Assembly: GCA_951406725.2 (NCBI GenBank)
Contig: OX597835.1
Coordinates: 26,970,001-27,034,000 of the forward strand
DNA from: Octopus vulgaris
Lineage: Eukaryota
Direction: 5' to 3'
Length of the DNA: 64,000 bases
The notes beneath the pieces are model-generated. The model saw nothing but the letters and a program-made list of their open reading frames with translations, was not told the origin of the DNA and made no database searches. Each line of letters opens with the position of its first letter. The first letter of the stretch is position 1. This document shows positions 30,404 to 45,158 of this stretch, piece by piece. Both the position numbers and the translations under genes were made by a program.

Positions 30404-30657
30404 TTTATTTAAAGCAGCAGAAAATTCAACAAAACCTGTTACTCTGAGTTTCCCGTTTCCGTTCGTCGGACAGTTTTTGCTAGAATGGAACACATATCGG
30501 TTCCATTCAAGCAAAAACTGTCCGACGAACGGAAACGTGAAACTCAGAGTAACAGGTTTTGTTGAATTTTCTGCTGCTTTAAATAAAGCATATTACTCTA
30601 CCACTGGTATTTGAGTACTCTTTTTTCCACCTTGTTTCACATTTATGTGTTTACTCC

Positions 30658-30660
<3 letters not shown>
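30398..30660 (+). mobile_element. Palindromic hammerhead-bearing short element in (TA)n
   Basis: Arms 30398-30491 / 30500-30593, 8-nt loop, AATAAA, ~67-bp tail; homolog at 51637-51856 in opposite orientation. Confidence 0.85.
30518..30555 (+). ncRNA. Minimal type I hammerhead-like ribozyme motif (mirror copy 30436-30473 on -)
   Basis: ctgt-CCGACGA-ACG(gaaa)CGT-GAAA-CTCAGAG-TA-acag; GUA cleavage triplet. Confidence 0.65.
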
Positions 30661-30699
<39 letters not shown>

Positions 30700-30918
30700 T
30701 ATATAAAATACAGTGTACACTTAAACACACAAGAGGTATCCATCATAGGACTCCCTTACGCTAGGAGTGACAGCCAAAGTACAAGGGAGTCCTATGATGG
30801 GCACCTCTTGTGTGTTTAAGTGTACACTGTATTTTATATGAATAATATATAGTCCATTGACTAATTTTTCTATACTCCAGGCCACTGGTAGTAAAACATT
30901 TTAAAATCTTTACCCTGA
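30700..30918 (+). repeat. Second palindrome + tail element in (TA)n
   Basis: Arms 30700-30757 / 30783-30839 nearly perfect, then ~80-bp tail, (TA)n both sides. Confidence 0.8.
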
Positions 30919-30924
30919 TATATA

Positions 30925-30998
<74 letters not shown>

Positions 30999-31267
30999 TG
31001 CTTTCTGTGTGTGTGTGTTATATTTTATTAAACTTTCTCTAAAATATACTTATGTGCCTTTTCCAACTTTACTTTTTTCAATCATATATACGTGTTTTTG
31101 TGTGTGTATGATGTGTGTGTGTGTGTGTGTGTGTGTGTACCATTGCGTATTGGGATTACATATATATTTTTTAAAATTGCTAATTTTACGCATATTTTGT
31201 TAAACTTTCGTTGTCGGTCTTTTTTTTTTTCTTATAAATAATAACCATTTTTAGTTTTATTTTTTAG

Positions 31268-31500
31268 CAGAATGATTGACTATGGAAAATTTTTAACGCC
31301 GCCCTCTGCCATTTAGAGGAAGGTCCTCCCGGGAATCTGTACCGGAAGGGACAAACAAGGAAACTTCAGACTTCCTCAGCATCAGCAAAGGGATAGTACA
31401 AAAGGTCAGAAAGGAGCTGGATGATTCAGGATTCGACTACGAGGCGACAGCAGACAGGCAAACCAATGATTGATAATCTGACACTATCGCAACGCCGCCG
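31268..31500 (+). mobile_element. Possible Tc1/mariner-superfamily transposase N-terminal remnant
   Basis: GRDKQGN../..SDFLSISKGIVQKVRKELDDSGFDYEATADR resembles an HTH N-terminus; broken frame, no DDD/E domain. Confidence 0.4.
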
Positions 31501-31531
31501 GAATTCGTCACTGAAATCCAGGATATCATAC

Positions 31532-31601
<70 letters not shown>

Positions 31602-31684
31602 TAATATCCTAAAGCTAATAAACCAACTAATTTGTTTCTCCATTTTCTTATTTGTAATATATATATATATATATATATATATTA

Positions 31685-32050
31685 TTTTACTCTTTTACTT
31701 GTTTCAGTCATGTGACTGTGGCCATGCTGGAGCACCGCCTTTAGTCGAGAAAATCGACCCCAGGACTTATTCTTTGTAAGCTTAGTACTTATTCTATCGG
31801 TCCCTTTTGCCGAACCGCTATGTTACGGGGACGTAAACACACCAGCATTGGTTGTCAAGCGATGTTGGGGGGACAAACACAGACATATACACACACATAC
31901 ATATATATATATAAATACATATATACGACGAGCTTCTTTCAGTTTCCGTCTACCAAATCTGCTCACAGCGCTTTGGTCGGCCCGAGGCTATAGTAGAAGA
32001 CACTTGCCCAAGGTGCCACGCAGTAGAACTGAACCTGGAACCATGTTGTT
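31685..32050 (-). mobile_element. SINE family A, 5'-truncated
   Basis: Colinear with 45159-45530. Confidence 0.9.
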
Positions 32051-32262
32051 CGTAACGGTGATACTTAAAAAAAAATTTAATCGAACTCACATATTTCCAG
32101 AAAAGTAAGTGGTCATATTATTTTGTTCACTTTCTTTTTCATATGAATCGACCCTCATCTGCGTGTGTATAGATCATGGTGTACCTATGCGCGTAGACAC
32201 CTGTGGGTACTTACATACAAACAGACATAGATGCATGCATAAATATATGATTCCGGGTGTGT

Positions 32263-32306
<44 letters not shown>

Positions 32307-32390
32307 AGTGATGAATTCATAGGGTTTCGTTTATTTACGAGTTGATTTGTTAATTTCACGGGAGTTTAAATACCTATCATGGTGACACTC

Positions 32391-32687
32391 TTTATACTAG
32401 TTTCAGTCACTCGACTGCGGTCATGCTGGAGCACCGCATTAAATGGTGTTAGTCAAAGAAATCGACCCCGGGACTTATTCTTTGTAAGCCGCTAAGTTAC
32501 CCGCTAAGTTACGGTGACATAAACACACCAGCATCGATTGTCAAGTGTACTTCACTGGTACTTTATTTCATCGATTCCTAAAGGATGAAAGGCAAATTTG
32601 ATGCCTTCGAGATTTGCACTCAGCACTTAAAGAGGACGAACAGACGCCGCTAAGCAATTTTCTCCGACCAACTAGTGAGTCGTCCAA

Positions 32688-32749
<62 letters not shown>

Positions 32750-33008
32750 ACAATAATAATAATAATAATAACAACAACAACAACAACAACAATAATAATC
32801 CTTTCTACTATAGGCACAAGGTCTGGAATTTGGGGGAAGGGGACTAGTCGATTACATCGACTCCAGTGGCTCACTGGTACTTAGTTTATCGATCCCGAAA
32901 GGACGCGAGGCAAAGTTGAATTTGAACTCAGAATTTGAACTCAGAAAGTAAAGATGGACGAAATGCCGCTAATGATTTTGTCAGGCGTGTTAACGATTCT
33001 GCCAGCTC
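32391..33008 (-). mobile_element. SINE cluster: family A 3' half (32391-32545) and two family B copies (32550-32690, 32800-33008)
   Basis: Matches to family A tail and family B body. Confidence 0.75.
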
Positions 33009-33085
33009 AATAATTTCTATCAGCATAATCACCATCATCGTCATCACCAACTACCACCCTCACCACCACCACCACAACCACCACC

Positions 33086-33130
<45 letters not shown>

Positions 33131-33529
33131 GTCATCATCATCATCATTTCTGAACATAAATCGCTATTTAAAAAATGAAATGAAAGCAACCATTACCGTT
33201 ATTGTCGCTGTATTTATAATTTCCCACTGAGGAAGTAAAGCAATTATTATTAGCATTATTATTATTAAAATAAAATGATTTATTATTTCTAAACTTACGT
33301 TTTGTTTTCTTTGTAAAGAACACAGTCAATTAGAATCAATTAGATAATTTATCTCTCTTCTTACGAGTCTCTCTTTCTCCTTCTGTTCTTTCTTCATACA
33401 TACATACATACATACATACATACATACACACATACATACATACATACATATATGTATATATACATAAACATATGTACACACACAAATATATACATATATA
33501 TATACACATACATATATACATATATACAC

Positions 33530-33596
<67 letters not shown>

Positions 33597-33695
33597 ACTG
33601 TCCATTTCTATTTTGTTTGTTATATCTGTTCAAGGTTTTATTTGCTTTTCTATTTGTCTACCATCGATCCATCGGCATCTCTCTCGGTTTCAATT

Positions 33696-33864
<169 letters not shown>

Positions 33865-33907
33865 ACCTATATTTCTATCTATCTATCTACCAATTTAACT
33901 TTCTGTC

Positions 33908-33957
<50 letters not shown>

Positions 33958-34439
33958 GTCTGTCCTTTCTATAACTGCTCATCTCAGAAAACTGAAAGTG
34001 CTCAAATTCATTAACCCGGAGAATAGGAATCCAATAAATGTTATGGTAGAAGGTAGAAGGTAGAAGGTTGAAGGTAGGAGAGCTAGGTGTTACACATGTT
34101 ACAGCACCAATCGCCAGACGTTCTTCAGTTCTTCGACAGAAAGAACTACCACAACAACATCATCAACAACGCAAATAACAGCAGCAAAAGTAGCAGAAAA
34201 CTAAAAGTACAAACGACACAAATACATGCACACACACACACACACACACACAGACACACATACACGCACGTGCGCGTACGCACAAACGCACACCCAAATA
34301 CACTCACAAACAGACACACACATCATCATCGTCGTCATCATCATCACCATCATCATCAACGACAAGAACAACGCCATAATCGACATCTTTGTCACCATAA
34401 ACATCATCATTATCATCATCATCATCATCCCCATCATCA

Positions 34440-34471
<32 letters not shown>

Positions 34472-34704
34472 ATCATCATCATCATCATCATCATCACCAT
34501 CATTATCATTATCATCATCATCATCATCATCGTCATCATCATCATCATCATTGTCGTCGTCGTCGTCATCATCATCATAATCATCATCATCACCATCATC
34601 ATCATCACCATCATTATCATTATCATCATCATCATCATCATCGTCATCATCATCATCATTATTGTCGTCGTCGTCGTCATCATCATCATAATCATCATCA
34701 TCAC

Positions 34705-34736
<32 letters not shown>

Positions 34737-35549
34737 TCATCACCATCATTATCATTATCATCATCATCATCATCATCATCATCGTCGTCGTCATCATCAT
34801 CATCATCGTCGTCGTCGTCGTCATCATCATCATCATCATCATCATCACCATTATCGTCGTCATCATCATCATCATCATCATCACTGTTATCATCATCTAG
34901 AATTTACCTCCTTGCTTCAATTTCTTGCTATATGACGAAGAACAAAAGCAAGATCTCAAGGAATGACAAATTCCTTATCACAGAGGCCATGTTGGAATAA
35001 CAGCAAAAAAAAAAATTTTTCCTTTTTTTTTTTTTTGACGATCATAGACCGATAACAGAAAAAAAAAAACAGAACTCAGATAGATGGACGAAACCCTCAA
35101 AACGTAACAAAACAGTGAAACATTAAGAAACACAAGTGGGAAACGAAAAGAATTTATCAAGAACCGAAACAACAACGATACCCAAAACATCCAAACAAAA
35201 CCTGTAACAACAATAACAGCAAAGAAATAAGGACAATAACAACAACAAGAGCAACAACAAGCATTGCCAAAAAATGCTTCGAGTTTTATCTTTGTCAATG
35301 AAAAGGATTCGGAGCTGATGCCTTTCGTCTTTCTGGGATCGATAAAAAAAATATATGCCAGCTGAGCACTGATCTCTGAGTGGTAGCATTGTGAAGGATT
35401 TTAGAACCATTATTATGCGAAAAGCTAAAGGATTAACGCCTGGCACTTTGGGTTACAGCCGTTCTTTCCCACCTTACAAATGTATTTGTGCGTGTGTGTG
35501 TGTGTGTATGTGAATGGATATACATACATCCATATATATATATATATAC

Positions 35550-35607
<58 letters not shown>

Positions 35608-35649
35608 ATGTGTGTGTATGTTTATATACATATATATATATGTGTGTAT

Positions 35650-35702
<53 letters not shown>

Positions 35703-35870
35703 TGCGTGAATGCATTTATATATATGTGTGGTGCATAGACATACGCACACAAAACTGCACACATATGCACGCAGACACACTCATACGCAATCTCTCTCTG
35801 CTCCAAGCATAAAATATGTATCTAGTTTGCATGGCCGAAAATACTCTCTCTCTTTCACTGATTTCCTTCA

Positions 35871-36062
<192 letters not shown>

Positions 36063-36333
36063 TATATACACGCGCACACATTTGAACGCACTTGCGTGTT
36101 CGTACGTACACGTGTGTGCGCGTGCGTGTGCATCCTTTTGCGTGTGTGCGCGTGCGTGTATATCAAGGTAAAGATAAGGGTACATACGTCTATATACCTA
36201 TATCCACACATCTGTGTGTGTGTGTGTGTATGTGTTTGCATATGTACAGGAATGTACCTATATGAATACACATACATACTTATAAATACATACATACATA
36301 TATACAAGCATACATGCGCATATACATATATAT

Positions 36334-36388
<55 letters not shown>

Positions 36389-36511
36389 ATGAGTAACATG
36401 TTAGACATATAATGCAATATTCGATGACACAACCTGTACAATATACAAGCGGACACGCTCGACTGCGTGCTTACATCATTAACCTTAGACATGCCTATGT
36501 AGAAATAACCG

Positions 36512-36611
<100 letters not shown>

Positions 36612-37044
36612 TTCAGTACACTCATGTGTGTGTGTGGATGTGTGTATGTTGGCATGCACGTTTCTATGCGTGTTAGCGAGATATATATTCAAGGATGCAC
36701 TGCGCATGCGCGCGTGTTTACAAATCGATATGCGAAGGTGAGTCATATTATGATGTTGTATTAGAAGGTTGCTACTTGTTTTTATAATTTTTTTTGTCTT
36801 TCTTCCATTTTTTTTTTTATTTTGTGCTTTTCATTTTTTGTTTTTTTTTGTTTTTTAAATATTTTCCTAACAATATTTGGTTGAAACCTGTTAGTGGCAG
36901 CAACAGTGTACGGCTGTTGTTTGATAGCGGTTGGACAATTTCGGGTGAGATTAGGCGAGGCTGGGTAAGGGTCTGGGGAGAAGAGAACAAACATACATGC
37001 GAACACAGAACCATGTGTACGTGTGTGTGTGTGTGTGTGTGTGC

Positions 37045-37092
<48 letters not shown>

Positions 37093-38404
37093 CTAGATAG
37101 ATAGATAGATAGATAGATGGATGGATAGATATACTACACACACGTATACACATCCACGCATGCTTAAACGTCTACAAGCATACAATGCATAAATACATAC
37201 CGACATACATAGATACAAGTATATGTATATATATATATATAGTTGCATGCATACATAAATACGTAAAAGTATACACTCATATATGCGTACATGCTTACGT
37301 ACACACACTCATACAAATATACATGCATAAATGTATGCATTTATACATATATACACTGACATGCATACATACTTGCACACAAACGTAAATAGAGCCATAG
37401 AAACATACATACATGCATACATACATACACAAATGCATACAAATATACATACATACATGCATGCATGCATACATACATACATTCAGACATACATACGTAC
37501 GTACGTTCATACATGCATGCATACATACATACGTAATTCATACATGCATGCATACATATATACATTCAGACATACATACATATATACATAGATGCATACA
37601 TACAAGCATGCATACGTACATACAATCAGACATACATACATACATACATACATGCATGCATGCATACAAACATGCATTCAGACATACATACATACGTATA
37701 TACATACATACATGCATACATACATACATACATTCAGACATACATACATTCAGACATACATACATACGTACGTACATTCATACATGCATACATACATACA
37801 TGCATGCATACATGCATACATTCAGACATACATACATTCATACATAGATGCTTACATACATTCACACATACATACATGTATACATACAAGCATGAATAAG
37901 AATTTCCATACATATGTGCATACATATATACTTCCTTATACTCATAACATGCATACCTACATACTCAAGTAAATCCATATGTGTTGCTATTTAGCCCTAG
38001 GCTTTACCTTAAGGAGGACTATGATCAAAGAGGATGACTATGATCCGAGTGATCATCCCATCTATTTTGTGTATTGTTTTTTACAAGCATATATATAAAA
38101 TTAAATAATATCATAAATATAATAATTATGATTATATAATAATATAATAAAATTAAATAATACTATAAACAATATCTAAAACTGGATATTTTTAAAGATG
38201 GCCGTATGTCGTCCAACGGAAATGTGACTGCTGTTTCCAGCAGGTCGTGCAACCACGTAGTGGACTCTTCACCTATAATAATGCTTAGTGCATTCAGACA
38301 CACTCACGCATACATATGCACTTACACACACGCACGAGTGCATACGCGTATAGACACACACGCACATATACGTCTGTATGTATGTGACATATGCATACAT
38401 CATA

Positions 38405-39293
38405 GGCGCATGTGTGGCTGTGCGGTATGACGTTTAGTTCCCAAATCACGTGGTTCCAGGTTCAGTCCCACTGCCTGACATCTTGGGCAAGTGTCTTCTA
38501 CTATAGCCTCAGGCCGACCAAATCCTTGTTAGTAGATTTGGTTGACGGAAACTGAAAGAAGCCCGTCGTGTATATGTGCGTGTGTGTGTGTGTGTGTGTG
38601 AACTTGTGTCTTTATTTGTCTCCCACCATCGCTTGACAACCGGTGTTGTTGTATTTACATCCCCGTAACCTAGCGGTTCGGCAAAGAGTCCGATAGAATG
38701 AGTTACAGGCTTTAACAATAGATAAGTACTAATATCAATTCATTCGACAGAGAATTTGTCGAGGCGGTGCCCCAGCATGGCCACAATCTAATGACTGAAA
38801 CAAGTAAAAGATAAAAGATGTATTAAGTACCAGTTACACACTGGGGTCGATGTAATCGACTTCATCTTTTTGTCTGTCCTTGTTTGTCTCCTCTATGTTT
38901 AGCCCCTTGTGGGCAATAAAGAAATAAGAAGCTTGCTTCCCAACAACATGGTTCCGGGTTCAGTCCCACTCCGTGGCACCTTGAGCAAATATCTTCTACT
39001 ATAGACTCAGGCCGACCTTGGTAGATGGAAACTGAAAGAAGCCCGTCGTGTGTGTGTGTGTATATATATATATATTTGTGCGTTTATGTTTTTTGTGTTT
39101 TTCCCCCGGCCATCGTTTGACAACCGATGTTGGTATGTTTATGTCCCCGTAAACTAGCGGTTTGACAATAGAGACCGATAGAATAAGTAGTAGGCTTCGA
39201 AAGAGCAAGTCCTGGGTCTGGTTTCTTCGACTAACACCCTTTGAGGCGGTGCTGCAGCATGGCCGCAGTAAGTGACTGGAACAAGTAAAAGAA
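38405..39293 (+). mobile_element. SINE cluster: family A (38405-38818), family B 3' part (38822-38926), family A (38927-39293)
   Basis: Colinear with reference copies of both families. Confidence 0.88.
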
Positions 39294-39496
39294 TATACCG
39301 TGCCCTAGGATCGAAACCGAAAGCATCTGATATATTTTACGATATATTTCATTTCTATTGTATGTTTTAGAAACTCAACAAGAAATTAAATGCGAAATAT
39401 GTTATAAAACGTAAACAAAAGCGGTAGAACGTATTCCACATGGGATTTGAAACTTTGACCGATAAATCCACCCTGTAGTAATGTCAGCCTTTGTGA

Positions 39497-39868
39497 CGTG
39501 GCATTCCGTCGGTTACGACGACGAAGGTTCCAGCTGATCCGATCAACGGAACAGCCTGCTCGTGAAATTAACGTGCAAGTGGCTGAGCACTCTACAGACA
39601 CGTGTACCCTTAATGTAGTTCTCGGGGAGATTCGGCGTGACACAGAATGTGACAAGGCTGGTCCCCTTTGAAATACAGAAACAAAAGAAAGCGTGAGAGA
39701 AAGTTGTGGTGGAAGAGTACAGCAGGGTTCGATCCCCACCCCTGCCGGAGCCCGTGAAGCTTTAGGTATTTTCGCTCAATAAACGCTCACAATGCCCGGT
39801 CTGGGAATCGAAACCGCGATCCTACAACCGCGACTCCGCTGCCCCTAACCACTGGGCCATTGCGCCTT
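39497..39868 (-). mobile_element. SINE family C, full length
   Basis: Reverse starts AGGCGCAATGGCCCAGTGGTTAGGG, B box GGTTTCGATTCCC; homologous to 362-679. Confidence 0.88.
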
Positions 39869-40079
39869 CATTCTGCCTTAGTAAGAAACCGTTTTACTAG
39901 AATTGCATGATTTTATAATTGATATAAAAAAAAAAATAAGACACATTCATCAACTTCACTAAAATATTTTAAATATTTATAACATTTGAGAGCAGTCTAG
40001 ACTATTAAGAAAAAACCCGGCTTTCATATTATGTATGTATGTGTGTGTGTAAGGGAGTCTGTATCTATATGTGTAAGAG

Positions 40080-40120
<41 letters not shown>

Positions 40121-40269
40121 ACACACATATATACATACATACACACACATATATATATATATATATACATACACACACACATATATATATATATAAGTGT
40201 GAGTGTGTGTGTATGTATGTATATGTATGTGTGTGTAAAGGAGTCTGTAACTATATGTGTAAGAGTATG

Positions 40270-40301
<32 letters not shown>

Positions 40302-40397
40302 TATATACACATATATATTTACACATATATATATATATGTATGTGTGTATGTATGATGTATACATATATACATACAAATACATGATGTGTATATGTG

Positions 40398-40446
<49 letters not shown>

Positions 40447-40622
40447 CTATTGAAAGTAAGTTACTGGCCAGATTTTTAAATGCCTTGTAGTTGTTCTTTG
40501 TTTCTCTCTTTCTTTTTTTCTCTTCGTTTCTTTCGTTTGTTAATTAAATTCCGCTTCAAGCATGGGAGTAGCTAATGTCTTCTATGTGGCAGTTTGATTT
40601 ATACATGAAACATATATATATA

Positions 40623-40693
<71 letters not shown>

Positions 40694-40716
40694 GTGTGTA
40701 TGTGTGTGTGTACGTG

Positions 40717-40912
40717 TTCTTTTATTCTTTTACTGGTTTCAGTCATTTAACTGCGGCCACGCGGGAGCACCGCTTAAAGGGTTTTTTTAGTCGACACGAA
40801 TCAACACCAGGACTTATTTTTAAAGCCTAGTACTTACTAGTACTTACTCCTTTGCTTAACCGCTAAGTTACGGGGACGTAAACACGCCAACACCGGTTGT
40901 CAAGTGGTGATG
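40717..40912 (-). mobile_element. SINE family A 3' half
   Basis: CCGCTAAGTTACGGGGACGTAAACACGCCAACACCGGTTGTCAAG. Confidence 0.8.
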
Positions 40913-40914
40913 GA

Positions 40915-41861
40915 AGAGACCCTTACCATCTGGACGTGCAACAGCGATGCCCTTTCTGACACCCCTCCTTACTTTCTCATGCGCAACTCGAGATTTCTCA
41001 AAAGTAGCTGTCCCCTCGTGCACAATCCGTCTCCACCTGTTACGGTCAATAGCTATGCCCTCTCATGTGTCAGGAGAGATGCAAATATCTCTTAAGGAAG
41101 CCTTCACCAAGTCCTTATACCTCTTTTTTTGGTTTATGTGGATTTCGTTCTCCTTTAGCTAACTCTCCATAAAAGAGTTGCTTTGGCATCCTTCAATCCT
41201 TCAGCCTGACCTGATGACCTCTCCATCTGAGCCTTTGCTTTAACACAAGAGCTTCTATACATTCACATCGAGAGTTTTCCAATATTTCAAGATAACTGAT
41301 GCGGTCCTCTCACTTAATGCCATAGATCCGTCTGAGACACCTCTGACGGAAACGTTCCAGTTGTTTAAGGTGGTATCGACATGTGACCCACATCTCGCAG
41401 TCATAAAGAAGAAAAGAGAGCACACGTGCCTTGTACACCTTTATCTTTGTCTTCCTGCATATGTCTCGCCGACTCCAGGGGTGCCTTTCTAGCCTTCCGA
41501 AAGCATCACTTGCTTTCCTAATTCTGTATGCAATTTCATTATCCAAATTGCTATATCTATTAACAGTGCTTCCCAGGTAGACAAACTGATCAACTACATC
41601 AAGTCCTTTACCATACACATAGATATTTGGTTCACTATACTGCTTACCAGGGGCATGTTGGTACATGACAACAGTTTTCTTCAGACTGACCGCCAATCCT
41701 AAGGCAGTGCAAGCATCAGAGAATGCATTCAAAATGTGTTGCTTATCAATCTCTGTGTGCGCTAATAGATCATAATCATCTGCATACAAAATATCTCTTG
41801 TGATATTAAATATGCTGCCAGATGTTCGATAATGGATGTAAACACCATATCTGCAATGCAA
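40915..41861 (-). mobile_element. RTE-clade LINE reverse-transcriptase fragment (decayed)
   Basis: ILYADD, GLAVSLKKTVVM, FVYLGS, EIAYRIRKASDAFGRL, LLYDCEMW, LERFRQRCLRRI, then QRLRWRGH..MPKQLFYGEL..KPKKRYKD. Confidence 0.92.
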
Positions 41862-42013
41862 AAAACATGTGCGGCGATAATGTTTACAACACTACCGCTG
41901 CTTTTAATTCATTATTGAATAACATAATGCAATATAATATATGCATACGTAACACACAAACACATATATATATATATATATATTGAGAGAGAGAGTGATA
42001 GATAGATAGATAG

Positions 42014-42072
<59 letters not shown>

Positions 42073-42075
<3 letters not shown>

Positions 42076-42452
42076 TTGCGTCAGAAATTAATTAGCACTT
42101 CTCAAATTTCTACATTAAATAGGTTAAATCAATTAACCTATGAGCTGTTCAAAACGTCTTACGCGATGAGAAAACTTAGTATGGTGTGATTTCGGTCCTT
42201 GCGAGGCGCTACCTATATCTATTAAACAAAGGAAGATTTGTCTGCATCCGCACTCCAAGTTGTTGTTGCACTGCTATGTCAAAATCATAAGGCTGTAGAC
42301 TCTCAAACTGCTCTGCAAACAAAGTTACGTCATCGTTCTGCGCAACAGTGAACTCGCAACAAAGCAATAGTTCGAGATATGGCCACTAGGTGACAGCACA
42401 TGCCTTGAGTGAAGAGCAAATCAAGGGTGCTAATTAATTTCTGACGGTAGTG
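42073..42452. mobile_element. Tc1-like MITE (380 bp)
   Basis: 26-bp TIRs CACTTGCGTCAGAAATTAATTAGCAC / GTGCTAATTAATTTCTGACGGTAGTG, TA flanks. Confidence 0.88.
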
Positions 42453-42514
42453 TATATATATATATATATATATATACCTGCATGTATATATTCATATTTC
42501 ATACCTATATATAC

Positions 42515-42604
<90 letters not shown>

Positions 42605-42867
42605 ATATATATATGTGGTAGATAAATGTTTGGTCATTTGATAACAAAAAAAGCAATAAACAAAATACAAAACGCTTTCAATTCATAACTTGGAATCGAA
42701 TATCGTCGCTCTTCAGGTGTTTGTATCGTCTGAGAGATCTGGGAACCGGAAATTTCGACATTTAATTCGTGTCTCTCTACAAGTCCTACTCTCCTCCAAA
42801 CACACACACATGCACACACATACACACACGCATATTAACATATGTACGCATGTATGTGCGCATGCAT

Positions 42868-43060
42868 ATGATAGATCGTTAGCTACTACACACATTCTTT
42901 TCTCTCCTTGTTTTTTTTTCTGTGTATCTTTCTGTAGAAGAGCGTAGGCTCGAAACGTAAAATACTTTTTCTATTCCTGAGCGCTATACTAATACATCTG
43001 CTTGTTTTGTACACCACCTACCTTCGTCTTTTGTTTATTTTCGTAAACTTTCCCTTTGTA
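42868..43060 (+). mobile_element. ~200-bp element with variant hammerhead motif (copies 48995-49200, 52421-52618)
   Basis: Three colinear copies ending in (TA)n; motif tcttt-CTGTNGA-A-GAGC(gtag)GCTC-GAAA-CGTA-aaa(g/t)a. Confidence 0.78.
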
Positions 43061-43183
43061 TATATATTGGCCTACTCGCTTAGCCAGCGGGGTGGCGTCA
43101 TTTGAAGGCTAAAACAATACGAAGCGCATTGTGACCAGCGAGGTGTAGCAACATCTGATAGCCTAGTCGGTGACGGTGATATA

Positions 43184-43248
<65 letters not shown>

Positions 43249-43249
<1 letters not shown>

Positions 43250-43460
43250 GAGTGGGTGTTGAAAAGTTCCTGGCTTTAAGGGTGTCACGAAAGGCCTCGT
43301 TGGAGACCCAACTTTCCGAGTTCTTTTGTAGGGCTTAGAAAAAGTGAAGGACTGGTGTAATAACTGTATGAATCTGAGAACATGTTTAATAAAACCATAA
43401 TTAACTGATCCTCCTGTATTTTCTTTTACCCAAAACCAGGAACTTTTCAGGACCACCTCG
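43249..43460 (+). mobile_element. Mariner-derived MITE
   Basis: TIRs ..TGTTGAAAAGTTCCTGG / CCAGGAACTTTTCAGGACCACCTCG-TA; internal GLEKVKDWCNNCMNLR resembles mariner transposase C-terminus. Confidence 0.75.
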
Positions 43461-43908
43461 TATATCATATTTTACTCTCTTAAAGAACGCGATTTTAAAA
43501 GAATTTTTTTAGCCTGAAAAATCGAAAAACTAGTTTCGGGGTGAAGAAAAATGTCACTTGCTAACGATGGCGATTCTATTTTCAAACGAATGAATGGTAT
43601 TTACGATATGTTTTTTATGGTGAAAACGCTGATTTAAACTCATTACACGAAATGTGACATTAATTTTCGGCACCCCTAATTCTATGTGCGTATGTGTGAT
43701 TTTTACATAATATACATACACACCGCGTGTACGCTCGCACTAAAATGTTTTCTTTCGTAACGTTATGCACTGCTTAAATATATAAACTGTTATTGTATTT
43801 CCTCAGCTTGCGTAGCTCTTTCTTATCCACAATAAATAAAAAAAAAACAGTATTATCATGTTCGCTTCGCACTTGTTGCAAATAAAGAAACGATTATTGT
43901 TATCCCCG

Positions 43909-43943
<35 letters not shown>

Positions 43944-44159
43944 GTTGTTGTTGTTGTTGTTATTATTTAGTGGATTGTTATTACACCGGTGTTGTGTTTA
44001 CATTCCGGCAGATATTCTGTCGAGTGCGGTCTAAGATCAACATCGGAATTTGTAAGATAACCCCGCTGGCAATGTTTGTCCATTGTAGAATGCATTGTAG
44101 AATACATACTCATTTACACACATTCTGACATAGACAGATAGACAGATAGCTGGACAGAT

Positions 44160-44308
<149 letters not shown>

Positions 44309-44449
44309 TGATAGATAGATAGATAGATGGATAGATAGATAGATGATGGATGGATGGATGGATGGATGGATAGATAGATAGATAGACTTACACATATATA
44401 CGCATGTATACGCATACACACACGTACACATATACATATATACACAAAC

Positions 44450-44506
<57 letters not shown>

Positions 44507-45158
44507 CACATGTATGTAATTGTGTATGTATACATATGTATGTATATATATGTGTGTATGTATGCATGTATATATATATACATATATGTATATATCTATA
44601 TATATATACGTGTATATATATATAATATAAATAATATATAAATATATGCTTATATTTATATATATACACACATGTGCATATATATATGTATATATGTGTG
44701 TATACATTATATATATATATGTATATACATATATATGTATGTATATATACACACGCACACACACACACACACATATTATGTCGTTACGTCTACGCAAACT
44801 GACACAACACGTGTTTTGTCTTGCTCTTCACCTCCGGCTGGTGGGACATGGGTGAGAGGTGTCAAAACATCTTCATGTTTCCTCAGTATATTTTGGCTTC
44901 AATTTCTGTTCGTTGTTTCTTGACGCCATCTTTCGCTGACAATCACTTCCGGTCGTCCTTTTGTTCATCATAGACAGCTTATTAGGTTAATATTGTTTCA
45001 TTGTTGTCATTATAATTTAGCTCCAGGTCAGCAGTGATCGTTACACGATCCTTCAAATCAAAGACATGCCAATTCTGACCACCACGTCATTTTTTTCTAA
45101 ACACTTACTGGGAAGTGGCATTTTTCTATGTTCGAGGTGTCATTTGAATATTCTCTCT

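Noticed and set aside
34087-34935. 282-aa poly-His ORF (possible histidine-rich protein)
   Set aside because: Pure (CAT)n/(CGT)n array open in several frames on both strands; no signal peptide or unique sequence
42690-42790. CTGAAGAG and GACA..TGTC-GAAA on minus strand
   Set aside because: Pieces are in the wrong order/spacing for one hammerhead; single copy
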